DNA of 54,110 nt, filler included, from Dimargaris cristalligena (taxonomy: Eukaryota): the NCBI GenBank assembly GCA_003614675.1. It is 2 parts of 2 records of this genome, joined end to end, with 100 filler letters (N's around TTAATTAATTAA, not from the genome) between each part and the next. Parts side by side here need not be neighbours in the genome. Positions count along the whole stretch, not along the records: positions 1 to 27,005 come from ML002526.1; 1 more part is not named here. One strand, 5' to 3'. A program made the translations under genes and the position numbers. The notes below the pieces were generated by a model. It made no database searches. It had not been told where the DNA came from and saw nothing but the letters and a program-made list of their open reading frames with translations. This document shows positions 12,218 to 23,858 of this stretch, one piece after another; the first letter of the stretch is position 1, and every line of letters begins with the position of its first letter.

Positions 12218-13462
12218 TGGTTTAAGCGGTTGAACTCGCCTATTTTACCATCTACTATTTATCACCAAAGCCAGTATTTATTTGTGGAAATTCATCCAAA
12301 TCCAGGGCAGCGTTGCCTACTCATTCTTTGAACCGCCAATCCAACCGCTAGATCAGTACTAGTCGCATACCCCTCGCTCGGTGGATTTAACCCCGTTTCG
12401 GACTATTTAAAATAAACACATTGGTGAAACTTAGTGATAAATTGACTCCAATGGAAACAATAAATGATTTTTACAGTTGCCCCTATTCAAACGGATTATA
12501 TACTCCGATTTTCAGGAAAATAATGGTACTCCATTGTAGTATTGTGTAGGGGGTAGTTCATCTATTGTTAAATAATCGCCTCGGCTGTCCTTTACGTAAG
12601 CTACTTTATTCTTGTGGATGTCAGTGGGTAGGCACGTCCGACCGATTCCCGACATTATTCGAGTTTTCGGTGAATTTCACCTACAGGGGGGCGAGTGGAT
12701 TCTGCCGGAGTGTGCGGAAATCCCCGAAAGTGTGCCACGTGCTATTTGGTGAAGGCTGCGAAGAGTTAAAGAACTCTTACATCCCCACGACCCTAAAATC
12801 ATTCTTTGGACTATCCAATGTTTTTCGACCGTTTATACAGCGATAAAATCACTTCCAAAGCCTTCCGTTTGGTCTCAACACTTGGCCATCAATGGACTTT
12901 TCGGGCTCCTATTTATAGACTATCGATTGTTTTACTTGATGTATTATTTTGCCTAAAACCACTCCCAGTAACCTATTAAATACTCCAACGGCATCTTTTA
13001 AGAACCCAACCCGATGTCCCAGTGGAAATAAATTGTTCATCGGGACACACAAATGCCCATAATGGTTGACGTTTCGTCTAATTAACCGACTGGTGACATC
13101 TGTGCCAGTACTTTAGTTACTTAGTTTTTATTTGCCTATAGGGCGTATTTTTAACCCCCTTTCTTGTGCTTCCTAGTATGCTTCGCCCCCCCCCCTACGT
13201 GCAGCATTGTCACGCACCTCTGAGGCCCAACGCGGCTTTGACAGCCAAACCCATTAAGCCTCAAAAACCTATGCGTTTACGCTGTAATATTTTAATAGTT
13301 CACAGCATTGTAAATCTGCCTCTCTGAACACATTTACACATCCTCTGTTTTATATGGGTTGGGGGCTCATTCATTTATAAAGGTGAGTTGAATTGGGCCA
13401 AGTTTACCAATACCGAATTTCCAAAAAAAAAAAAAAGGTAAGGGGAGGGGAGGGGAGGGTAT

Positions 13463-16006
13463 TTAATCATCGATCAGGTCGTATTTCTCCGGCTGAATTG
13501 AGAAGTACTGAAACAGATTATGCGCCCGGAGTTCGATCGATCCTTGGTTTTGCAGAATTGTGAACACTTTACCGGATCGGCCCATGCGACCTGTTCGGCC
13601 CGCCATATGGATATAGCTCTGGGTGTTAGAAGGGAACCCGACAATCACTACGTGCGTGACATTGGGAATATCAAGGCCACGGGCAATAAATTCACTCATC
13701 ACATAAATTTGAGGTGTTGGTTCCTCAGAAGATGCTGATGTTGATGCAGAGGGCCGGGGTCGCCCATCAAAGCCGGTGGCCTTAATGCCCTGCTCGGTCC
13801 GCAAATGTTCTAAAAACTTCGGGGTACTGAAGTCGTTGTGAATGATGATCAGGAGGGTTTGGTAGGTTTCATGGCGACAGATTTGGGCGACCGTTTCGAA
13901 GATACCCTCGTCGTAGCTCACCACCCCCCGTTTACTATGGGACGTCGGGGAGCCGTCGCCCGTTTTGGATTTTGGCGGCAGGTCAAACGGGAGGTTGGCT
14001 CGCGTAGGTGAGGGGGAGGGGGCCGCCGGGGTGCCTTGGGTATACAAGGCGGGTGTTTCCGCATCGTCCAGGTCTGTTTCGCTTGGCCCGTAGGCGGTTT
14101 CGCGCCGGGCCGCATTTTCGGTCGCAATCGCCTCCCGGGGGCGTAGGTTACGGATCGTATTTCCGTCCAGGATCAAACAATGGTGGACAATCGCATCGGG
14201 CGACGACGGAGTGGGATTGGGCAACGCGTTAATGAAAATGGCGTGATCGTTCGTCCATTGCTTGGCCTTCACCAAATAGAACCGAATCGTCCGGTTTACC
14301 GTGGCCGAGTTCACTAACAGTCGGGGTCGCCAGGTCCGGTCGGCTGGTGGGGAGCTCGCCGCCGCCGGAGTAGCTCGGCGGGGGCCGGTGCTGGGGCGTG
14401 GGCCGGGACCCGGTTTAGCGGTGGGATTGTAAATGAGGTCGAGGATGACTTCGGTTGGTTTCGGGTTTTTCTCACGCGTCAACCGGGTATTGAACCGGGC
14501 GAACCGGGACGGAAGCCGCAGCAAGTGGTCAATCTCGTCCAAAACGAGCCAGCTTAGGTGCCGAATGTTGAGGTGCCGCTCGTTGACCAGTTCCTGTACC
14601 CGCTGGGGAGTAGCGATAATCAACCAGGGTACGTGGGCGGCCAGCGTCCGGACCTGCTGCGCGTTCTCGGCAGCGTCCCGGTAGAGCACCTGGACCATGG
14701 CCTCGGTGGGTACTAAAGGGACCTCACCTGCCCCGGCGAGTACTAGACCGCGGGGTTGGTTTTCACGGACCAGACAACGCTGATAGGCCTCGAGTAATTT
14801 TTGGGCCCAGACCCCCCATTGGAGAGCCAGTTCGGTATTGGGAACCAGGACCAGGGCAGAGGGGTGGCTAAACCGACCGATCCGTCGGTAATACGGCAGA
14901 CTCAGCTCGGAACTCTTTTGAACCAAATCCATCGCACTGGCCAGGGCGTCGCCCAGCATACCAGCAGGTGCCGGGGTAACGGTAGGGGATGTCAGCGGTT
15001 GGCGGGGAGGGATGGTGGAGCCGGAGGAATGGGATTGGGATTGGAAGTGCCGCTCTAAGAACCCTTTACTAATGAATATTTGCATTAAGTAGACCAGAAA
15101 ACAAAATGATTTACCGGTACCCGTTTGCCCCTGGAGAATCACATCCTCTTCACCACGTAAGAGATTCCGAAGGAGGGTGCCCTGCATCACAGTTAGTTCG
15201 TCAACTCCGTAGGCTTCCTTCAGGGCCTTAACCAACAGAGGATCGATTTTCAGTGACTAGAATCCAGAAGGTTAGGGAAGATAGGGGGCCGGATTTATCA
15301 ATAAAATAAGTGTATATTAGTGGCATTCGAAGTGCGTTGCGCAGTGCTTATGGGGTGGACTTTATCAGGGACCACTATTCATATCTATCATTTTATTAGT
15401 GACGCCCTTGGTGCAAAATCCACTAAATGAATATGACTTAAATATTTGGGAGCCGGGACTTACTTTAAATGTATTCTTTTCCGGCATCTGGAAGGGCTTA
15501 CTCATATCCATAACCGGTGGCTTGATCGCTGTTGGAGTTTTAGAGTGACCTACTCCCGGAAAGGGTTCGGTGTAGGGCAACGGTGATATAACCTTGGTGC
15601 GATCATTGAATTTCGGGGTTCCGTAGGCTCGCCATAGTACCGCTGAATTGACCGAATGGCGTCCCACACGAAGAAGAGGCCTATAGTAGCAAACAAAACT
15701 GAAGAAGGACCGTTAGTTAAAGACATTCGAAACAGGACGCCGTTGGATAGACGGTGGGCGGTATATATAGCAAATCCCTCTTCAGGGTTACTGAATGAGC
15801 CAAGAAACCTCACTCCCTCTTCCATTGAGGCGATCAGGATGGGGAATCCATTGCATGTTTAACTCGAATGGACAATCCGCAATCCCGCCAATGGCTTGGA
15901 AAGGCGGATTTTCTTGAAGACATGTAAGTGGGATCGAAGAATGGACGACTTACCCTCGGGTGACACTAACCCCTCGGGCAAAATTGCTTATTGAACCAAT
16001 GAGCAT
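13463..16006 (-). CDS. DEAD-box-family RNA helicase, probably mitochondrial (~687 aa, 3 exons)
   Basis: Exons 16006-15954, 15680-15464, 15256-13463, in frame. The N-terminus MLIGSISNFARGVSVTRGPLLRVGRHSVNSAVLWRAY is Arg-rich and acid-free (presequence-like). The Q motif (TFKSLKI..LTVMQ) is restored by splicing; other motifs are GQTGTGKS, DEID, SAT, ARGLDIP and YIHMAGRTGRMG. Confidence 0.9.
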
Positions 16007-16563
16007 CCCGGGTAAATAGTCGAACACTAGAATTTACAAGAGATAAAGAGTAAGATTGGGATTGAGTGCCCAGAATACCGCATGTAAAGCTATGGCCTAA
16101 CGAAATGTACAACCGTATTTTTGAATAATAAAGAAAAAAAACTACGAGCCTTATTCGCCGCAGTAATAGGCAAATATAACGTGGGGCCTAGGACCCATTG
16201 GATTACAACACTTTAACCGTAGTTATGATTTCACTGTGGTACTTCCGTTCCTTGCAATAGGCCAAGCCTAACTACTGCTAAAATAAACAACATTGGTATG
16301 TGTCAGTTTTCAAACATAGTGGTACCCCCTAATCACCCACAGATCCGAATTATGTTCGATGAGTCAGCCACTATTATTTCAATTTCGCCCACATTACGGT
16401 AACACTACTTTATGAATCTAATAAAGGTCGGCTTTCGAATGAAAAGCCAGTGGCCAACAATAATGTAGGCCTAGAATTATTTAAAATAAATCAGGGTGTA
16501 TATTTGAACTTTAAAATTACAGTCTATCTGGGTCACTTCTAACCCGCAACGCTAAAGGGGGCA

Positions 16564-18646
16564 TTATATAATCACTGCGGTGTTATCCAAACGCCCCGTC
16601 GAAAGAATTCGCCCCTCGAGAGAATCGGAGGGCGATAGGACACCAGTGGTTCTGTTCAACCGAGACACGGGTGATCTCATCTCGCCGGGAGTGCAGTTGG
16701 TTCGGCACAGCGGGCACCGGGCGCATTTTTTGGTGAGCCACGGATCAATGCAGGAACTGTGAAAGGCGTGGCGGCAGGGCAGTCGACGCACCGTGTCCCC
16801 CGTTTCAAACGTATCCGAGCAGACCCCGCAGAGGGGCGGGCCCTTCAAATCCCGGTCCATGATATCCCGGCGAATCTTTTGATGGATATGGCGGTTGGGG
16901 TTCGGGCGGCCCAGACGGACCCCGCTAGATTTGGGGAGGCCACTGCCGTTGGTGCTGGTCTGGACCGATTCCATGGACATGGGGTTGGGGGGAATGATGA
17001 TGGGGGCGGGAATCCGCTTACCCGATTTTGTGGTTCGCACGGAGCTGACGTCGACCTGGGATTCCGACAAAATTCGATCGTTTTCTTGTTTTTGGACCAT
17101 CATGCGGGCCATGATGGGCGGAACGGGCGGTGCCAATTTTTCGTTAAAGGGGAAAGGCCCGACCTGCGTAATGGTCCCTTGCGAACTCACCGTAGACAGG
17201 GGCGACGTCACATCGTGTTCGTCGTCCCCGTCATCGTTCGAATCCCCACCGGTATGGCCTCGGCCGGTGGAATGCTCCCCGCTCGGCCGGGACTGGAGGA
17301 TATTCACGGTGGAGGTGGAATACAACGACTGCTTCTCACAGATATCACTCCGCGATAAGTCGGCCGTTGACCGACCCCCCCGGGGGGAACAGCCAGCTGA
17401 GTGAGGGATGGTGTCGTCGTCGCTGTCTTCATCGCTCGAGGTACGCATCTGAGATGCCATTTCCTGGTACTTGGTGATGGCCGCTCGCGTGGACATGGGG
17501 AAGGCCTGGTAGTCGGTGTTCGAGTAGGTAATGGTAGTAAGTAGCTGGAGTTGCTCGGGCTTGAGCGGCGGCGCATTGCGAGACTTGGCTGAGCGGCACA
17601 TGAGCAGCTGGGCCTTTTGTTGTCGACGAACTTCCCGATTCTCTTCATTAAAGTTGGCCAGGCGACGGCGGTTGCGACGGTTACGGAAGCACATGAACCC
17701 AACGATGCCTAGTAAAGTAATTGCAAAGAAGGAAATTATAGAAAGTTGATATATCAACGAGCAAAAAGGTTAGAGGGGGATCTTATGAAGGGAAAACGAC
17801 AGGGTATGTAGATGGTACCATGAACTATAACTACCACCACTTAAAATGAGAGGCTCAATAAAGAAGCACCAATCGCAGCATCTAAATTAATCAAGTGTGC
17901 TTACCTAGAATGATTAACACGATCAGCGGAATGGTAATGCCAAGCACCAGGCCCAAATCCACGCTGTTGCTGGATACATCGTCATCCATGGAAGCCACCT
18001 GGACGCCCGAAAAATACACTCGGACCCAAACGCGGTGATAGTACTGGTTGCTGGGATCCTCCATAATGCTGTTCAAGTCATTAAGACTAGACTCGTCTTC
18101 GCTCTGGCCAGCGGATACGTTGGCGGGATCACGTTCGAAAATGGCGATTTGATTGCGAATACCAGACCCTTGTTTAAATGACAATACAAAAATGGGGGCA
18201 TCGAGGTCGGAGGTGAAGCTCGACAGAAATTCAACGGGGGTACTCTCGGAGGTGGGATACAGGACGACAACCTTAAAACCCTGGGCTTTAAGAACAGGTA
18301 ACAGTGCCAGCACTTCAGTTCGGTTGCTAACCCCGACCAGAGGAACGTGGTCCACCTTGGAGGCGAGGGCGGGCATTTCGTCGCCGTTGTAGGGGTAAAC
18401 AACCCCGCCGTACGACCCGGCGGCGTTCTTCGGCATTAGGGAATTAAAGATGGTACTTTGGGAAGTAACAATAGAGGAGGAGATATTGTTTGCCACTTGG
18501 AAGCTAGTTGGGTCAAGTAGAACGGTGTCGTCGGACATCATGAAGGTCATTTTGACTGCGCCTGCACCCTGGACGGACTGCATTATCCAGCTCGATAGGG
18601 CAAACGCCACCAACAAGGCAGATTGAAGTAATGAAGTTCCCAACAT
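16564..18646 (-). CDS. Signal peptide + luminal domain + TM + RING-H2 E3 ubiquitin ligase (PA-TM-RING-like, ~628 aa)
   Basis: Exons 18646-17905 and 17708-16564 join in frame within the TM helix (LVLGITIPLIVLIILG|IVGFMCF-RNRRNRRR). N-terminal signal peptide; C-terminal RING-H2 CGVC..LPCRHAFHSSCIDPWL..CPLC. Confidence 0.88.
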
Positions 18647-21600
18647 AGCTATGGAAGATTAATAATATTAAAGTAAAACAATAAATCTATATAGAACTAG
18701 GTGGAAATAGGAGTAGTCTGAAATCAATTGGGTAAGAAAGGGTTCGGGTAAACACTCATCCGCCGCAATCCAGATTAAGGTCAAATAAGCGATCAGCTAT
18801 CTAGAAATGTATGAATAAGGTTCAAGTCAGTGAACGGCGATATGGGGGCCAGTGGCTTAGGTAATAGCGGAGGTCGGAAAATAAAACGGTATATACACTT
18901 GGAGATGAATGAGAGAGGTAACAATGAATGGTGAAGCAAGCAGGGTTCTGTGTGGTATTATCAGGGACTCAAAGACGGAGTGGGGGAGTAAGTGGCTTTA
19001 TAAAGATAACCGATGTGGGGGGTGAAGGTCCCGCCCAAATGAAGAAAGGAGTCAGCGTACAGGTCGTGTCAGCGTGAGTATTTTGTGAAGTCCGCAAATG
19101 GATGAGCAACCTCCGTCTCCCTCTCCTCGCCCTGGCTGGTAATAAAGGTCATATAAGCACTGTGGGTGGAGTGTACTCCTTAACAGCTGCAGGGTTTGGG
19201 CAATCCACTAGCGAATGTGAAGAATTACGGTGGATGACCCGTTGAGCTGTGGCGGTCGTTGCTGAGCCATTGGGCTTAGGGCGAGGCCGCCTGAGGGCTG
19301 CTGGCCTTAGTGTGTACCCGTTGGATGTATTAGGCGCGGCTTGGATAGGCAGGGTCACCTAGGTGGTGCTTCTATAAGGTCTTGCTAGCCCTCCGCGAAT
19401 CATGGTGTAGGTAACTGGGGTGGGAGCATAAAATAATGCAGGAAGAAAATCATTACAATCCTTGCCTGTTTCTCTAATTGCACCTCCCTGTTTGAGGAAC
19501 TAAAGGGGAAGATTGGCCCCCCAGTTTCACGTTACTCGTTGGATTTGCCGCATGGTACACTCACCGACCTCCTCTCGTAAACTGGGTCGTTTTAATAAAA
19601 TAATAAAGCCATACAAAATGGACATTCGAACCATTCTATCCGAGTCCATCGCTCTCAATGGTTCAATGGTTGTGTATGGAGGGATGTGCAGCATTGGGCC
19701 ACCGTATCCCTGCATAAACCATAAAAAATGGAGGTTGACCATAATCCTCTTATCTGGCATTTTGTTGAAATGATTTACCAGCAATTACAGAAAACAACCC
19801 CCACGTCTTCAAAATATGACAGCCTCGTTTAAAAGCAGAAATGATAACCAATGCCCAGGCCTGGTGGATACGAATTTTCATGACGCGAGAGACTCGTGGT
19901 GGCCACTATTGTATTCGCCCATTGTCTGAATTCAACCCCCCCCCCCCTGCAGGGGCAGGTCAATTTACGTTGCCACTATCACATATTTTTGGAAGCACAT
20001 TAAACAATACCCCACCATTACGGTGATACTGGCCAGTATACAAGACCCTTACCCTTCAGCTTGACTGGGGCATTCATTCGCTATACAGGGATTGCGATCA
20101 AGAAGCATGTTTATTCGTAAACACAGCCTTCCTAGGTGGGGGAGGGGATCGTTTTCCCCTTTTCCGAGGAACCGCTGCATTATAGAAACCCTCGTATTTT
20201 TTAAAAACCATTAGCCTCCACGGAACCGTCTCCTACCTTCAGGCTCGGAGACCAACCCCGGATAAAATAAAAACGGAACAATGGTATGTGATTATATTGG
20301 GAGCGTCTACTGATCAGCTCGCATTTGAATACCCCTCTAACTATTTAGCTATTTTGGGTGCATATTCCGCGGCATCGTTGGAATGGCTAATCACTCGACA
20401 GCTTTATATGAAAAATTTGTTATGAGGCCTGAGCCTGCCGGTCCAGAAGTTTTGGAACCCCCAAGCGGCTCAATGACCAATTGGAGATGCCGGCTTTTGT
20501 CGTGACGGGGGGATGGTACTTTGATTCTAGACGATATAATAAGGCGGTGGGAATTCTTAGAATTCTGGGTTTTAAGAACATCTGTAATATGATAAACCTA
20601 TTCAATGGCTCGGTTGATGGTATTACATTGGCTAGTTGGGGAATTCCCGTGCCAGTTCAGATCTGTTGCTATTTAAGCGTGACCAAGATGGTGAATTACG
20701 AGCCCCTCTCCCCCATTCTCAAGTGCAGTTAGTGATTGGCTAGAGATGTCGGAGCATAGCCTGTTCAACATGAAACCTATGGGTGATACTCGCACCACCG
20801 TATCGGATTTCGGGTAAAATACCAATGGGAAAACAGTCGGTGATTTTAAATTAAGTGCCTATTGACATACCGATGCGTTTATTACTACTTGCGAATGGTG
20901 CAGATGGCGATGCCAGTATGGTTTATGAGAGACATTGATTTAGAAGAATATAGTATTTCGTAATAAAAGCAAACTGGGGATTTTTTCAGACTATCTGGAC
21001 TTCAGATGTGGGTGAGCGACCTGCTGAATCCTCAAAACCACCCTTTATAATGGCTCATCAACCAGCGAAGTGATATTGGGCATTGCGAACCACCTTCACA
21101 GAGATAATCCACTTTCCCATCATAAATTACCCGTCTTGTCAGGAATTGCCATTCTGGGTAAGGTTCGGTTAATCAAGGTCGTAATATTGTATTGTCGTGT
21201 TGGCGCAAGGTATGGTACAGGCTAGAGGGCGGTGATTAGCCGAAGGTTGACTCAACCCCCCACAGTTCCCTCGGTATCCACACAGTGGGGGGTGTGAATG
21301 GGTCAAGGATAGTTCGAATTCCTGCCCCACTACATACACACACACACATACAGCCAGTCCCTAGACTGCCACTGTTGGCGTCCGGGGAACAGTTTACCAC
21401 TGGACAGTAGTTGCCATCAGCTGCTGTCTGGGCAGTCCAGGGTAATCACGCACCTGTCAAGTACACTTGTCAATACCGGAGTGGACGAACAAAGGCACGG
21501 GATGGGCACGGGGACCTCCAGCTCTAGTGGATGTATCATAGAAACTTCTTGAGCAACCCGGGTACTGGTCACTCGAGGATATCGATTACGCCGTTGACAT

Positions 21601-21858
21601 ACAATGGATGGACTGGGCTACACTCTCTAGACCCTTGCTACTTCCACTTTGGTTGGCCCGGCTGCCAATACAGGATGTGCGACTGAGGGGAAGTGGTGTA
21701 GACTGAGCCGGGGTGACAGGCAAGACCAACCTCTACTGGGGGATAAACGCCCTCCCTCTCCTCATTCCTTCATTTATCCTTGAAACTAGTAGGAACATGC
21801 CGATTGGGCACGGTTGGAGTTTTGCCAGTCTAGGTAAGGGATTGTCCAAACCCTGGTT

Positions 21859-22188
21859 TGTCACGGATGTGCGAGCTTAGAATGCACATTCGACATATCG
21901 TCTGGGTAAGGGAAAGGTGCCCTTAATGCATACCTGGAGGAGCAGGTAAGGAAGGTGTGGTCGCTTTGCTAAAAATAGAAGGTGCTATTTGCCCAATCCC
22001 TGCTACTGTGGTACTCTAGGTCATTTTCTTACGCGGATTGAGGTTTACCCTATTTATAGGCCGAGTTACACTTTACTGTGCAGTAGAACGGCACGCCTAA
22101 TCGGTACAGGCCCAGCAGTTACAAGCGCCAGAGTATTAAGACCACCCATTTTCTTCGGTAGATGATTGCCAATTGGGCCTCAGTGACA
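21859..22188 (-). mobile_element. Possible degenerate solo LTR (330 bp)
   Basis: Bounded by perfect inverted termini TGTCAC...GTGACA, with an internal minus-strand TATA (CCTATAAATA near 22050-22060), inside a 5-kb gene-free interval. No target-site duplication is visible and there is no second copy in the window. Confidence 0.35.
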
Positions 22189-23110
22189 CTCAAAGTTAGG
22201 GCTTCCCTCTTTTGATTCTTTTGTAGAAGGTCATACTAGAACGACTAATACGACTATAACGATGTCTAACACTAGCGTTTTGTTTTTCATTTTCCTCCAC
22301 AAGGTATTAATTAAGCCCAATGTCTGCCCAGCAGCTCTGGTCTTGCGATACCCTGGCTCCTATACTCTAGATTGTCCATTAGTCGATTTAATCAGTTCTT
22401 TAACTCGACCCATTCTATCACTCCCAATTATAAGGCTTAATACATACAGTTATTCCGACCTTAGTTGCCCTCAATTAAATCCCAATATGTTTAGTAACTC
22501 TCTATAGCCCCCACAGGTACCGAGCACCTAGGGCGCGATCAAGTAGACCTTTTAAGATGCTTTGAGGCCGTCATTACGAACATACATCCTTCAAACTATT
22601 GTTTAGGCCTGGCTGTGAATTGGAAGACAAGACTGGCCATTTAGGGTATTTCCTCTAGTGACTCCCATTTCGATATAAATTTACCATCACCCGCACCCTA
22701 TTAACCCCGTGTAGCATCATCTGCCGAAGGATTTCACATTATTCCCAGTGGCAAGTGAAGTTATTTAGATGCAACACCATTTCGCATTATCCACTCAATA
22801 TAGTAGCTGTTCCGCCCAGCCGTACTGGAAATAGCCCATAGTGGTTGATGGCAGGGAATGCCTAGAAATGATGCCAATATCACCATTAAGGGACAGACTA
22901 ACACGATGGGTTAGATCAAAGGATAAAGGGTGGAGATGGGGTATTGTGCGGACCTATTACCAAGTTGGGAAATCATATTTGGTCTGGGGTCATCAACTCA
23001 TCTGGCCAATTTCAGTATTTGTAAAAGATTGATAAGAAGGTGCCGATTAAACCATGTCCATTGGCTAGGACGCTATATAATATGTGCGCGCCCTTTTACA
23101 CTTCAATGCT

Positions 23111-23245
23111 TGGGAGAAGTTCAACGAGGTTGTATAAAAATCCGTTGGATAAGGCAAATATTACTGGTTAAAAATGAATCTTCCACCTATTTTCCTATAC
23201 ACATGCCATGTAAAACCTTATACAGCGGGGTTGAATTTTACCCAT
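23111..23245. mobile_element. Solo, degenerate third copy of the 144-bp MITE-like element
   Basis: TGGGAGAAGTTCAACGAGGTTGTATAAAAATCCGTTGGAT...TTGAATTTTACCCAT is collinear with 10057-10195 along its whole length, apart from a small deletion. Confidence 0.8.
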
Positions 23246-23858
23246 TTAACACTATCTCCGCTGGCTTCCTTAACTCCAATTATATTAGTATTTCTGGTGG
23301 GTTCAGTTTGCTCATTTAGTTGTAGTGTGTCCCCCTCCCTATTGAGTCGCGGCTACGCGTTGCGTTTGTTAACCCGGCCTCCTCGTATAAAAGCGTGTTT
23401 TGTGATGGCATCTATTGTGACAACCTCCTGGGTCAGTTGGTAGAGTAAATAGAGAGAAGTTCAAAAGTACCTTGCTGGGTATTTGGTCGAACTGTGTATA
23501 CAATGGGCGCTCCTGGACCCAATCCTGGCATATGTGCCCTAAAGCCTTCCCTCCTTAAGCCGCCCTCACTCTCCTGGCAAGCCCAAAATAGGCATACTGT
23601 GCTTTTCAGGCGGTTGGTTTCAGTCCGCCGTTGTGTTTAGAGCTGATCGTTACAGTTTAATACCCCCACTGGCCCTATTTTTTTCCTTTTGGTCCCTCAA
23701 TTACCTCACATCTAAGTCTTTCCCTTAGTCGTTTTTTTTGCATGCCTTTCTTGTTTGACTATCTCTTATTCTCTTTCTTTACTCTCCCCTCCTCTATAAC
23801 CACTCCACCGAGCGCGCATTTCCACTAGACTCACTCAGGCGCTCTTTGAAACCCAGCC

